NCBI GenBank assembly: GCA_973895155.1
Contig: OZ316893.1
Coordinates: 20,092,857-20,156,856, forward strand
Direction of reading: 5' to 3'
Length of the DNA: 64,000 nt
Source: Marsupella aquatica
Taxonomy: Eukaryota > Plantae > Marchantiophyta
The position numbers and the translations under genes are program-made. The notes under the pieces are model-generated. The model worked only from the letters and a program-made list of their open reading frames with translations. It did not search any database and was not told where the DNA came from. Of this stretch, positions 48,782 through 62,697 are shown piece after piece; position 1 is the first letter of the stretch; each line of letters begins with the position of its first letter.

Positions 48782-50784
48782 AACAAATATCAAATAGACT
48801 TGTTCGTGCATGATGTGTCAAATCGTGATGAACATGTAGACTATTATTTAGGCATGGATCTTGGCCTCTTGGGTGCCCAGTTGAACTACTTAAGATTCAA
48901 AAAGGGACTTCAAATACCAAAAGGGCTTTTTGATGTTTTTGTCTCTAATAAGTAGGAGGCAGTTCCGCTAGAGGAACGAGACACCTATTTGTGATCAGCC
49001 TTTGTTTCACCCATTTTTCCTTCCTCCTATATTTTGGGCCAAACAGTAATGATCACCCTTTGTTTTACCGATTCTTTCATGCACAACTCTAATAACAAGC
49101 TATATTATTACTTTCACAATTCCTCCCTTTTATGTCTCATGATCGACAAGTCTGACTCTGTCGTCTTCTGTTACTCTCTCACAGACGAGCTCCTCGATCT
49201 TCTCGAGATATTCTGACGTAGATTCAATCAGATGCCCTCTCCAGTAATCAAGTCCGACATTGGAAGTTTTCCCTGCCTCAATCTGGCTGCACCAGTGGAG
49301 TTCCATTTTGAGCAATTGCACTCAGGCCTGTTTCACTGACGTGCAGACTGGCAGACGTCTCCCTGTAGCGTCCAGTGTGATCGACAAAAGCTTCACATGC
49401 AGTGCCTCGTATTTCTTTCTGTAACTGCGCCACCGCAAAATTAAGGGACTGGATTGTGAAGGAGTTGTGTGCCGCTCTCATTGGGGCGACGAGACAAAGC
49501 TTTGTTGCGTTAAATAATCTCGATCTAATAGCACACATGCAGCTCAACACGAGTTGTGTGACGAACAAACTGATGGGTGATAGATCTGTCATCATGATAA
49601 GCCAGGCATGCAGATTGTTCATGATAGAAGGGTGAGCCAAACTAAATCAAACTAACTTGCAGTCTATCTGATTAAAGGGGGCTTTACACAGGTCCATTTA
49701 CATGTGCAGGTCAGTTTACAATAGTGGTACCTTGGTTAGAAGTTTAGGATTTAGGGTTCTGATGCAAGGAGTTTACCCAACGACCAAATTTTCTGCGTGT
49801 AGTTTTCCCATATTTTGTTGACACCCAGATTAGCACAATGCCAAAGGGCAAAATCGTTGATCAGATAGACAGGGTCTCACTGGCAAAACAGGTTAATGAA
49901 GGGGGGGAAGGGGGGGAAGGGTAGAAAGGGAAAAGGGCCCAATAAAGCCAAACACCCAGTCAACACATCTATCCGCCACACCAACAACCCAAAAAATATT
50001 ATTTTCGGAGCATTTAGCCACATCCGATTTTTTCAGGCTAACACATCACGAGTTGATGTTTTCCCAAATTCAACAACTGGCCAACATATTTTGGGAGGCA
50101 GACTGTTTGAAACGTTCATTGAATGAGCAGGGTGCCAAAATCTAGGCGCCAACTTATGTACATCTGTGTTAGTCAGACTGCCCCTAGCATAACAAGTGCA
50201 TTTTAATATTGTACTTGCCGAATGAGACGAGAGCAAGAGGTCCTTTCAAACCATGCCAAACTTTGCCAGAACTTCACTGTCCAACAAGCATTTTTGGGGC
50301 CCGCTCTAGTCCATGTAAGGTTAGGAGATTTTTGTAGCTCTCAATTTCTTGCTTGTAAAGACAAGTGGATAGGTCACTTCATATGGACGTTTGCGATGAT
50401 TGAAATCTCCAATCAGAATTTTAGAAGTGACTGGTCATTAGTTATCTGGTAGTTCACGCAAAGCTCCCCTAAAGTAGAGTGACCTGACTAATTTTGAGTA
50501 AAGTTTGCTGTTGGGGGAGACGACATGATTGTCCGTGCATTTCATTCATAATGAGGACGGGCTATGGGGCAGAATCTTCCAACCTTAGTGCGAACTGAGA
50601 TCCAAACTTTAAAGTCCTTTAGTCACTCATAAGTACTTACAGGAGCTGTTTGGGTTCCTATGCAATGAGAGCCTCAATGATTGTGTGTAAGATTAAGCCT
50701 TCACTCACTTCACTGGAGTGCGAGGTATTGTATACACACGTATTTTGATAGCGAGGACAGTATTGTTAGCATTCACTAGTGATT

Positions 50785-51125
50785 TTAATTTCCTCTTTTT
50801 TGCTGATTTGCGACGAAAGGTAATCTCGAGGCTCGGGTACACACCTGCCCGCGCCTACTGCCCGCCTTCAACATATTTTTTTGAATGTGAATAGCATGAA
50901 TGATCCCCACTTTTTGGGTGGGGTGAATGTTAAAATGCATTATTTGACCCGACAGGTTTCGAACCCGGGACCTCCTGATCCCTAACTGAGGTGTGCTACC
51001 ATTGAGTCTCTCCACAATTCGTGACAACATTCTTTCACTCTAGGTATTTATCCTAAAATCAAACGCAATACATACGGGTAGCGGGCAGCACTAACGAGGT
51101 AATCAATGCGGATTAGCATTAATTA
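50785..51125 (-). repeat. Repeat containing a degenerate tRNA-like (Pol III A/B box) segment, copy 1
   Basis: Minus strand reads gactcaatggtag...ggttcgaaacc, followed by ccccacccaaaaagtggggatcattca. Confidence 0.6.
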
Positions 51126-52199
51126 TCCTCGAGATTGAGTTTCGTCCTTAATTTTTGCTGCCTCATATATATTTAGTGTTATTTTAAGACCCCAAATTAT
51201 GACTAGTCCCCAAAATGGATGATACCAATCACGTTGTAGAGAGGGTCATGTGAATAAAAACATTGCTTGTGCAAGGAATTCTTTTACTGTTCCTCGCATG
51301 CTACAATGACCCTTCTCCAAACATGAATGACCAGGCTTTTGAGCCCAAGGGTCTTTCATAGCACAACACCTTTCATATTTTGTAATGAAGGGTAATTTAA
51401 AGACATTGAATCTATCTGAATGAGGTGAAATTTAGACATTTATTTAAAAGAGGGTCAAATTACAATGGGATCAAAGAATTCAATATAAACCTTTGGATTT
51501 TGTGCCAACTTACATTGTTCACTTATCAGAACTATTGTGGATGAAAGTCCTTCTTAAGCAATTCATCCACAATAGTTCCACGATAGTTAACATCAGTACG
51601 CCACTGATTCTTATGGCTCCACCACTGAACTCGGGGAACCTGTAGAATCCTACCTTTTGGTGAAATTCCAATTTTTTTTGGATGACAAAAAATGAACTCT
51701 ATTTGAACTTAAAATTGTTTTGTTTGATCTCTCAACTTCAAACAACCTCTTAGTTGACAAAATTAATTGGATCTTCACCACTTAAATATTATTCTCAGAA
51801 GTCCTTTTTCACAAATTTCAATCGACAATGTGGACCATTTCTATAGAACACAATGCCGGACCAAGCAAGCAGTGAAACAATTTTCTACATCCAATTTTTG
51901 CTAAGGCACTTGAATCTGAATGCAACTTCTGGATGACTAAAACTTGGCACATAAATAGTGATTGACCCAATCCAAACTCTAATACTAAGAAAACTCTCAA
52001 AATTCAATAATTTAAGTCATTATTGGTCAAGAAATTACATTTTGCCTGAAAGGAAGAAAATTACATAGTGAATTTGTAACCACAACTTTAAACATGGTTA
52101 GTCATTCTTAACCTGCATAGGTCAGAACCTAAACATGGTTAGTGGCAACAATATATATAGTGAGGGCCGACCCCCAAGACACCCTGTCATTAGATGGAT

Positions 52200-55100
52200 T
52201 TAGACAACTTGTCTATGTTCCACTCTCAACTATCAAACAATGAAATATGGTGAGTACCATACATTGTTGATTGCCTATTCAAGGCATCAGTTCTCTACCT
52301 TGCTTCACAAACCATTGATTTTATGATTAGATTATTGTGATATAATAGACTGAAATTGAGCCAATGTAAACTTACATCTCATTTGCTTGAGCTCATGGCC
52401 TTAGGGAAGAAGCATAGGTGACTTTCATGACACATCGCTTGAATGCAAAGGGGAGATAGTAAATCTCATGAGTTATCAGTCACTTCCATCAATCTACCTT
52501 ATATCAGACCTCTCAAAGAAACTACCAAGTTGTGGTGCAAGAAAAACATCCTTTAAAAACATTCAAAAAAAAATCCACTATGGGGCATCCTTACTATACA
52601 GATACCCCATCTCGACAAGGCCAATCGAGATGGGAGGGGGTCCGTACAATACACTCGTTAAATTTTCCAAATTTCTTTTTACCAAATGTTTCTGTAGAAA
52701 AATTTTCTTGGGGGTTCACTTCCACAAAAATGGCACATCATGTGCGACAAATGATACGGTCATTACATTGGTTCAAAGGGAAGACTTGAAAATTTTCTCA
52801 GAAAAGCAATATGATCTTTTAAATCCAATTTTTAAACTTATAAGAACATTAGGGTCTTTCTGACCAAATTTTGGAATATTCCAAGAATATGCTAACTTTA
52901 TGGGCATTGAAAATAATATTTTTGTTCTTACGTTTCACGGGGTCCAAGGCCTAAAAACATCGTAGGTGATGGGGACGCATCCATGTAGTGAGATCCCAAG
53001 GTATTTTTTGATTTTTTTGGTCTGTACGCCCATTTTGGCGCAAGTTCAACCGAGATTGAGTCAATCTCAACTGCCCAACCAAGATGCAGATAGGTGCAAA
53101 GGGCTCATCTTAGCTTCTCAACTTAGATTCATAAATTTGTGAGATAATTGATATCAATGGCTAATATAGGTTATCAATGACAGATAAATGATGATGTTGT
53201 GCACCCCATGCCCATGCAAAGGGAAGACTTCTTGATACAAGTGGACATTGAACACCTCAGCACTAAGCTTAGCACATACCTTTCATAGTTCTATGACAAT
53301 GATAGATAAACAAATTAATATAAACTACGTCCAAGCCATCCTTCAAAACAACCAGCAATACTCTTAATTGAGATTGTAAACAACAATGAGATCAACACAA
53401 GGCAATACAAGAACACAAACCTCAAGGCTCTAAATGTATAGTTACTCAAGCATTGTATTCCTTCCAATTTTTTTTGTCTTCCTTCTCCTCTCAAGCAGCC
53501 AGATCAACAACATACAATTTTACTCTTGCATTGGACAAAAAGGGAACAGACAAACGCTGGCAAAACATACAACAACAAACCTCCATAACAAACAAGCAGC
53601 TCCAAGACCTCCATAATGCACTTCAAGGTCTAGTGTCATCCTGTCAGTAAGCATCATTGTCCCACAATCTTGTTATGGCATCAAGCTCCAACTTTTGACC
53701 TGTACTTGAAGGTCCAAAGTGTTCAAACAAAACATTGGAATTGGGGCAGGTTGGTTGCCCCTTGACTCCCAGGTCTAAACACCAATTGAGACACCAATTG
53801 AAACCTGAATACCAAAAACTATAGCCTAACCTAACCCTCAATTCATACCAGAGTCTCAATGGCCTCTCAAGTTATGCTCTTCCATTGCCTTTCCATAGCC
53901 CACCAATGACAACAACAGGAATTGAGGCCCATGGAGTTAGCCCCTAAACATAAAGGCCAAAACCCTACACCCATGCATACTTTTGGATATTGTCTTGGGA
54001 AAACTCAAAACTTTTATTTTGGGGGAATATATGTGTAGCAGGTGTACCAATTAGAGCATGACACATGTCCTATGCAAGTACATGACACGAAAACCCTAAC
54101 TTTCTTAGATAGCTCCATGGAATATGACCCATTTAATGAGGGCCCGTTGTTCTTTCAACACCCAAGAATTTAACATACACTCTTATTCTTCCACAAAATT
54201 TTGGAAGTGTTCCTTCAAGACCATTTAAATGACTCTATACTTTGTTCCACATGATGTGGGACTCCCTCAAAAGTGAAACCCTCCAAGACCCAGGTGACCA
54301 CCCTTCTTATTTTAAACAATCCAATTTGAGCAGCGAGCGTTCTTTGAAAGCAAATATGTTGGGCAATATGGGTATCACAATAGCATTAGCGTTAGGGATT
54401 TTGTCTCCCTCTCACAGTTTCATCCAAAGGAATTTGAGAGTAAATAACACTACCAATACCAATGGACGCATTCAAGAGTTTGGAAGCGCAAATCAAGCCT
54501 ATATTGCAAGTACCATTGAGATCTAAAAGATTTCTCAAGAAGGACAATAACACAATAGCACCAGATTTTGCAACCAAACAACGATACCTATATTAAAGTA
54601 TAATTCCATAAATTGAGGGTTCCAGGGCGACTCACATGCACTTGTGGCATGACTCATGGTGAGATACCTTTAGCATCAAAAATTAACTACTCAGGCAAAA
54701 AACTTATGGGGGGGGGTCTCTTTCATGAAAGTGCCACATCACATGCAACAAAGTGTAGGTTCATTTAAATGGTCATGAAGAAAGACTTCCAATTTTTTGT
54801 GGAAAAACAAAAGGGTCCGTTAAATTTTTGGATGCGCTTTAAAGAACAATAGGCTATCAATAAATAGGTCATCTTCCATGAATTTGTCTAAGAAAGTTAG
54901 GGTTTTTTAATCATGTACATGCATAGGACACATGGCATATTCTAATTGGTAGTACACTTGTCACTATGAGATTTGGTACGCATGTAATCCCACATAATAG
55001 TAATTTTTGTTTAACCTTTCCAAAGAAAATAGCTGAAAGTATGCATGGGTGTCGCTAGGGTTTTGGCCTTTGTCTTTAGGGGCTCAGAAATTCCATGGGG

Positions 55101-56415
55101 CCTCAGTTTCTGTTGCTATTATTGGAGGGCTATAGACGGGCTATGGAAGGGCGTACCCTAAGAAGGCCATTGCGGGGGGCATTGTGACTTTGGTAGAAAA
55201 TGAAGGTTAGGTTAGTTTAGACTCGGGTTTTTGGTATCCAGGTTTGAGGTTCAAGTTAGGGAGTTATGGGGCAGCCAACGGACTGCCCAATTTCAATGTT
55301 CAGTTTAAACACTTTCATTGTAGCTTGAGGCAAACGTCAGAAGTTAGAGCTTGATGCCATAACAAGATTGTTGAAGGACAATGTTGGCAAGGAGGATTGC
55401 CGTTGGACCCTCTTTTGGACCTTGGAGTGCATTGTGGATCAAGGTATTAGAGTAGACTATTAGTTTGTCATGTACGTCCACTGCTCCCTGTTTTGCTAGT
55501 GTTTGTTTAAATGCCCTTTTTGTCAGGCTCATGATGATGACTATTTTTAATGTGGATGCATGAGAAGATCGAGAAGGAAGACAATAAAACAAGGAAGGGA
55601 GGCTTGGTGAAGAAGGAAGTGCAAAGCTTGACTTTTTACATCCGAGAGTTTTGTGTGTCTTGTATTGCCTTATATGTTATTTTTAGTATTATTTCTAATT
55701 ACAAGTAAGAGTATTGCTAGTTATTTTGAAGAACGACTAAGATATATTTTGTATTTATTTTACTCCATCATTATCATAGAACCGTGAAAATCCTGTTATA
55801 AGCCCAATGCTGAGGTGTTCAATGCCCCACTTGTATTGAGGACCTTTTTTTTGCATTCACCTATCATGAAGGTCATCTCTCATTGCTTCTTCTCTGAGGC
55901 CATGAGCTCAAGCAACTCGGGGGTCTCACTATATGGGGACCTCCCCATCACCTACAATGTTTTTAGGCCTTGGACCCCCTAAAATGTAAGAATTTTTTAA
56001 AAAAAATTAACCCCTATAAATTTGGAATATTCTTGGAATATTCCAAAAATTGGATGAAAAAGACCCTCATGTTCTTATAAGTCTCAAAATTGAATTTAAA
56101 AGACCCTATTATTCTTCTACAAAAATTCGTAAATCTTCCCTTAGAACCAATAAAATGACCCTATCCTTTGTTGCACGTGATATATTATTTTTGTGAAAGT
56201 GAAACCCCCGAGTCAAGCAAATGAGTTGTAAGTTCTCATTGGCTCAATTCCCCTAAATTATATGAATATAATCCAGTCATGCAACCGTTTGTTAAACAAG
56301 GTAGAGAACGGATGCCTTGAATGGTACCAATAATGTCTAGTTTTCTATTCATAGTGTATGGTTCTCACCATGATACACTATTTGAGAGTGTAGAGAGCAA
56401 CATAGACAAGTTGGT
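52200..56415. repeat. Large degenerate inverted repeat (arms ~52200-54290 and ~54705-56415)
   Basis: Many matching reverse-complement blocks, e.g. 52939 ggggtccaaggcctaaaaacat vs 55957-55978, and 53671 tgttatggcatcaagctc vs 55347-55364. Confidence 0.88.
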
Positions 56416-58324
56416 CGTTGAACAACCATAGAATAATATATATAATTATTTAGTTTCATGGTCTATATACTATATAGGAGATGGAGGATGTATTGTCAAG
56501 TGAAAAGGCGGAGTAAATTACACTGAGTGTAAAGACCAAGCAAATGGAATGATTGCAAAATTTTAGGCTCCAACTTATGAGATAATTATATTTTCTTTAC
56601 AGGTATTATTTAATTCAAAACAAAGCTTTACTTAAAGTTTTTAGGGGTAAATTAACATAGTAAAAGATGGCTACTTTAAAGTACATAAGGGCGAGAAAAA
56701 AAATTACTTTTCACTTATAAGTTAGGGGGTCTAGACCTAAAAACGTTGCACGTTATATGTAGGACCCTTCATACAGTGACCCCCCCCCCCCCCAAGAGAA
56801 AAAACAATGAGTGAGAAAGGTACATTGTGACATGACCAAGTGAGAATCATCCTGAATTATTTGTGCCCTAGTAAAGTATTTCATTGGAAGCAATTTAAAG
56901 GAAATAGTGAGAGCAGAAAGTGTAGCAAGACAAGTGCTCCAAGCAACTGAGGGAGTAGCCATGGAAGGAGAGAATAATCCTGGACATTAGTTAAGATAAC
57001 TCCTGTTCATGCACAATACACAAGAATGTGGCAGGCTCTACACAAGGTATTGACAAGCTCAAAGCACTTTGTTGATGGTATACTTTCTAGGGCACTCCTG
57101 CAACTCACAATTGTTGCCCTATTGCCCCCAACCCTGCCCAAAATGTCAAAAGGCAGTTGACCATTTTTTTTAATAAAAGTTCAATTTAGGTACACTTTAC
57201 AATAACTCTTATTTGTGAGAGTGGGTTGACATGGCTTGACTTTTGCTCCTCTGAGTTTATAGAAAACTCTATTGTAACTTGTAATTATTCCAATATTTTG
57301 ATATTGGGTTTTTATTACTAACAATTGTTTGATTCATTTTGAATTTTGGATCTTTGTTGAGGCTACAACTTTTTGAAGGTCAATATGATCAATGTTGATC
57401 CATCTTGCAAGATATCCTTGATTGATAGGCTAGGTATGATGACCACAAAGTCAATGAGTAGAGAGAAAAAATTAAAGTTTTGTTCCGAGCATGTTTGTCT
57501 ATCATACAAACATGATTTGGTTCAAGAGCACAAACTCCTTCCTTTGCTATTTGCATTATAGTCGTGGTTGTGGATCAAAAGTGCCTAACATTAAGGAAGA
57601 ACACAAAGTGATATACCAGTATTGTTGTTGGCATTACCAAGATTGATAACAAGCCAAGTTTATAGAAAGCTGAAATTCTAAGACTGATCGTAACTTAGTG
57701 AATAAATCTCCCAATCTATTGATGTTTGGACTCTGTCATTTTGAAGTTGAGCATGAGCCCTTTAAAAATCTGATGTTAACACTAGACAACATCTAACGGC
57801 AGAGTATGGTTTCCTCTTTTTATAAGCTTGTAAGCGGATGACATATGTAGGAGATTGGTGGGATCCCATATTAAGCCTCGGTGGGTTCTTTGTCAAGGGT
57901 GTGTGTGTTGTCAAACGTGGAGGTACAATAGGTTGGGTCCTGCTCATTTAAGACCCAAAATGGATCTTGATTGTGATCTATAGGACAACAAAAAACTACA
58001 TCAAAATGAGACACTATTTCACTAATGCACTCATCTCTCATTAATGATCTGTTGCTGTTGAGGGAGGGCCAATCTACTGAACTGACTCACTATATGAAAA
58101 CGTAATTAGCATGTCTGCTTAGACCTAGAGTCACATGACACTTGCTGACCATCCAAATCCAAACATCATGATGCTGGTGCAATGGCTCTCAATCTTGCCG
58201 GGACAGTCCAAGTACTTGGCTAGTCGTCCACAACTTAAACACAAAGAACATCCCAAAGTACATAATTAGGGATGATCTGACAAATTTGAGCATGAGAAGA
58301 TTTAGAGCAGTTGGCAGTATTGAT

Positions 58325-58710
58325 GCATATTAATGCTGAAATCCGTACGGTTAGAGAGGCCACTGCCCACTGCCCGCAGCATTGCCCGACCATAGTATTG
58401 AGATAAGATGACAAAATAAGACTTTAATTCTGTGCAACAGATGCTATCTCAGTGGTAACTATACGAACAGAGTTGGGTACCAACAGGTGCAGAGCTCGAA
58501 TCCTGCCAGGCACACCACTCCTCTTTTGTAACAAACCCCACCCAAAAGTGGGGTTCATTCAGTTCCTTTGACATTTCGAACAAAATTTGCAATCACGCAT
58601 TTTCTCGGGCAACGGACGGGGATGGCCACGGGCAAGGAGCGTGCAAGAGCCTCGATAGTGTCATTCGACGTGAATATGAGAAGAGGCTTTAATCTGAAAA
58701 TCATTGGTAG
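58325..58710 (+). repeat. Repeat containing a degenerate tRNA-like segment, copy 2
   Basis: tatctcagtggtaa...gctcgaatcc followed by ccccacccaaaagtggggttcattca. Confidence 0.55.
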
Positions 58711-60320
58711 GTAACCAATCAGTTTATTTCCTTCTACAAGTCATGGGAATCGAATTGAATGCTGTCCATTGTGCAGGCGATTGCTGCCGGTAGCCGGTCG
58801 GTGCAGGCTAGCTACGTGTAGAATACAGCTAAATATGTCTAACGTGCCACTGGTAACATCTAGCAGGCTCTGTCCTGGTGGTAGGTGGGTGAGATGGTGG
58901 CAAGGGAGGGTTGGGTTTGAAACTTGCCGGCCCCGTTTTCCCTTTTAACACAGATCCCCCCAAATTTGGGGTACAGAGGTCTCTAGTGACACTAGTACGT
59001 TCTTTAATTCCACCCGAGAGTTTAACACACCTCTTCCCCAAAAAGTGGGGTTCACTAGCACCTAGTGACACTTAGAATTTCTTCATTCAAGGAGAAGAAC
59101 CGGCTGTAGCAGTTTCCGGTCAATGTTCACTCAACTACAAGACAACATTAATTGTACAACACGTGACTCGTAGAAGTGAGTATCAGTTTGGGCCAATATG
59201 GCTGATAAGGTTGTCACACCTCTCATATGAACCCTATGTTTATGATAGGTACTAGACATTTGTCCTACTAATAAGGAGAATAAAAACAAACAATAAGAAC
59301 CACATATTAAGGTCACTCAGCTTGGCAAATTACAACATTATTGCATATGCAGACCCTCAAGTAGAGAAGAGTGGTGAGAGTGGACTATAGTTTTTGGAGC
59401 AAAAGTTCAATTGGTAGTACCTCATTACATTCAAACCTAAATACAAAGTCATAGTTTGTCCATAATTAAAGTAACACTAATACTCCAAACTCCAACCATT
59501 GAGATCACCGGCCATGAGTTCCAATAAACCATCCATGTCATAACCTAGGTCAAACAATATTATAGCCCCATCATGGGATGCATTCAACATGGGCCTCAAC
59601 ATTTGCCGATGATTACTTGTATCAATTAGGTCTCTCCATTTAAGCAATACTAATAGCTTCTATAAAATGTCATCTCTTCATGTGACGCCTTCGAAAGCAA
59701 TCTTGGCCAAATGAACTCTGACCAATATTACATGGTCAGGGATAAATGGGAGGAGAGACTTGTGAATATGATTTTCACCACCCTCATCAGCAAAACTGTA
59801 GTAAAGCTCATCTTCTTATACCCCAAAATCTATGCTGGACTGGTCAAGGTCGAGTCTTGACTATTTCTGTCAGCGTAAAGGAATGACAAAACATCAATTT
59901 CTTTGTCCTTTGTGATGCTATACTTGATTCTATTGGCCTGACCGCACTAGTGCTAGAAGGTAGCAGATTGAGAACAACAAGAGTGAATGGTAGAATGGGT
60001 GATATTGGAAGCCCACATGTTGGATTGAGGAGTGGTCCGCAATTTTTTCCAGGCTTTTTCCTCTCGATCCTGTCCCTACAAAGCTGGCAGCCAACGATCA
60101 AGCATCACAAAATGGCAAGCCAAAACAACAGATTAAGTCGTAATCCATGATGGCTGGGGATCAAATGCACACCTAAAATTACCCGCAACAATGCGAAGTG
60201 ATTGTGGTCATGGGAGCAGACTATTATTGCTTGGGGCTTCAGGTGAACTTGCAGTACTAAGTCCCACAGAAAACCTCCTACAACCTGTGTTAGAGGAGTT
60301 ACTGGTAGACTTTCAAACAC

Positions 60321-60960
60321 AAGTGTAAGTGTATCATCCAAGTCAAACTCTATATTTAACAAAGGTCCATCCTGGTTTAGTAAATCTATAAGGGCATTTC
60401 ATCATACTTGGAGGTCCATGTGGGCTTCAAGCTCTGGGATGGCGCCTCATGTTATTTCTTAATTAACTAAAATGAAAAGAAATTATGGAAGTGTAAGTGT
60501 ATCATCCAAGTCAAACTCTACATTTGACAAAGGTCCATCCTGGTTTTGGAAATCTATAAGGGCATTACATCATACTTGGAGGTCGATGTGGGCTTCAGCT
60601 CCGGATGGCACTTAGTGTTATTTCTTAAATTAACTAAAATGAAAAGTAATTAAGGATTTGCGCACAAACCGGGATGGCACTACGGTAGTAGAGTGACCTG
60701 GGCTGCAGGTCGAGTTAGGGTTCTCTCACTTGGACTCCAGGGTTTGGCAACATTCAACAAATGTCCATCCTGGTTTCCGAATTCTATAAGGGCATTTCAT
60801 CATACTTGGAGGTCTATGTGGGCTTCAAGCTCCGGAATGGCGCTTCGTGTTATTTCTTAATTAACTAAAATGAAAAGTAATAAGGATTCGCGCGCGAACC
60901 GGGATGGCACTACGGTAGTAGTGTGACCTGGGCTGCGGGTCGAGTTAGGGTTCTCTCGCT
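60321..60960 (+). repeat. Three imperfect tandem copies of the RPS19 upstream segment
   Basis: gtccatcctggttt...ctataagggcatt.catcatacttggaggtc.atgtgggcttca...taactaaaatgaaaag occurs at ~60365, ~60533 and ~60763. Confidence 0.92.
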
Positions 60961-61098
60961 TGTTGCAAGGACTGCCACTTTCGACTCCAGCGAGGGTTTG
61001 GCAATAAACCCTTCGTGGCTGCTGCTGAAATCCCCTTTGGACAATTTCAGTCCGTCGCGAAGCAGCTCAGGAGCCGAGGGAGAGCCGACTCATCCACC

Positions 61099-62697
61099 AT
61101 GGCGGCTGCGGCCAAGACCGTGAAGGATGTCCCTTCACACGAATTCGTTCGCGCTTACGCTGCGCATCTAAAGCGGTCGGGAAAGGTATGATCGAATACG
61201 AAGGTGCTCTTCTTTTTGGTTATGGCCTTGCACGATTCCTATAGATTGAAAAAAAACGCCATGCAATTGAGGTCCTTGTGGAGAAAGACCCCGGATTGTG
61301 GACTATGAGGTCAGCGTGCAGAGTATAGGAACCTTCATAATTGTAGTGGTCTATTTCCTTTGCGTTTCCCGTTTTTTGTTTCTCTGTCTGAGAAGTTTAT
61401 TTCATTCTTCAAATTGTCAAATTGAAAGGATATGGTGGTTTCTCGTCTTTGTCGCAGCAGTGCGCCTGATCAGTCAATTGCCCAGATTTCTCTGCTTGCC
61501 AAGATCGTGGTCGTCATCTGTCTCTAGGGATAAATTAATATGTTAGCCGGACGTGCGAAGCGTTTGTAGGTCGCTCCGCGTTTGTAGGTCGCTCTGTTAG
61601 GGTTTGCAGGTCCTCATTCGTTTTCTATTTCCATTCGCTTTGGAGGATGCCTTACACCATTCGAATCCTTGAAACGGCATTGCAGATCGAGGTGCCAGTA
61701 TGGGCTGACCTCGTGAAGACCGCTACTTTCAAAGAGCTCGCTCCATATGACGCCGACTGGTACTACATCAGAGCTGGTAGGGGTCGGAGGTCTCTAGACT
61801 CTTTCCCATCAATTTCTTCTCTTCAATACCCAAACGGGGGAATTCTTTGTTGGACAGTCTATTTTACTGTAATGATATCTGCACGACAAAGTTGTCCTGT
61901 GGCTCATTGCACATTGTTGGCGTCACTTCAGCGTCTATGGCGAGGAAGATTTACTTGAGGGGCGGAATTGGAGTTGGTGCTTTTCGCAAGATTTATGGAG
62001 GACGTAAAAGTAATGGCGTCAGGCCCTCCCATTTCGCTAAGAGCAGCGGTTCTATCGCCAGGGACGTTTTGAAACAGCTCGAGGGCATCGATATTGTTGA
62101 GAAAGACGTGAAGGGGTAAGTGTGCCTTTGTAAATTTATTAGTAATGCTTGTTGGCCGCCAATAGTAGTCAGGTTTTTTATGAAATACGGGCCCCGTGGT
62201 GCCAAAACTCTCGATGTCATCAATTCTCCCCTTCTGCGTAGTGCTTCCTCCTGTCACTCCTGTTCATGCCCCAGATCCCTTCTACTAGTGCTTCACCTAA
62301 CTGTCGTCTTTGCTTGCTCGTTTTTTCTCGTTTGTGTTCTTGTGATCTGCCCGCAGCGGGCTAGTGGAGGAGATGTGGCAGTTTAATATCTCCCTTTGAG
62401 TGTTTCTCCTGACCTCCTGTAGCCCGTGGCCTCCCTATTGTTCAGTTGTTATCCTTGTTTAAGTTATGAGCTCCAACATCATTTGCTAAATCTAAATGTC
62501 ATGGAAATTGGATAAGGAAACTTACGAAGTAGGGAATGCATGCATGTGTTACTCCGGAGCTTTGTTAATTGTAAGGATCTCGTGAACTGATAAAGTTCCG
62601 ACTGTGCGTTCTTTTGTGCAGTGGGAGGAGAATTACTTCCAATGGACAACGGGACTTGGACCAGGTTGCGGGTCGCATTGCTATCGCTGCTGCATAA
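61099..62697 (+). CDS. RPS19: 40S ribosomal protein S19 (eS19), exons 61099-61185, 61686-61776, 61932-62115, 62622-62697
   Basis: [29 protein letters not shown]|[30 protein letters not shown]|[18 protein letters not shown]...EKDVKG|[24 protein letters not shown], with GT-AG introns. Confidence 0.98.

Noticed and set aside
49130-49640. Protein-like minus-strand ORF fragments
   Set aside because: No recognisable motif or reliable splice structure; this may be a decayed gene but I cannot support it.
50945-51015. Functional tRNA gene
   Set aside because: A/B-like boxes are present, but the acceptor and anticodon stems do not pair convincingly.
56940-56990. YSLLPWLLP resembling a Harbinger transposase motif
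   Set aside because: It is an isolated match with no supporting flanking motifs.
59480-60300. Possible LINE endonuclease remnant (GDLN, SRLD)
   Set aside because: The motifs are short and in the wrong order on the minus strand.
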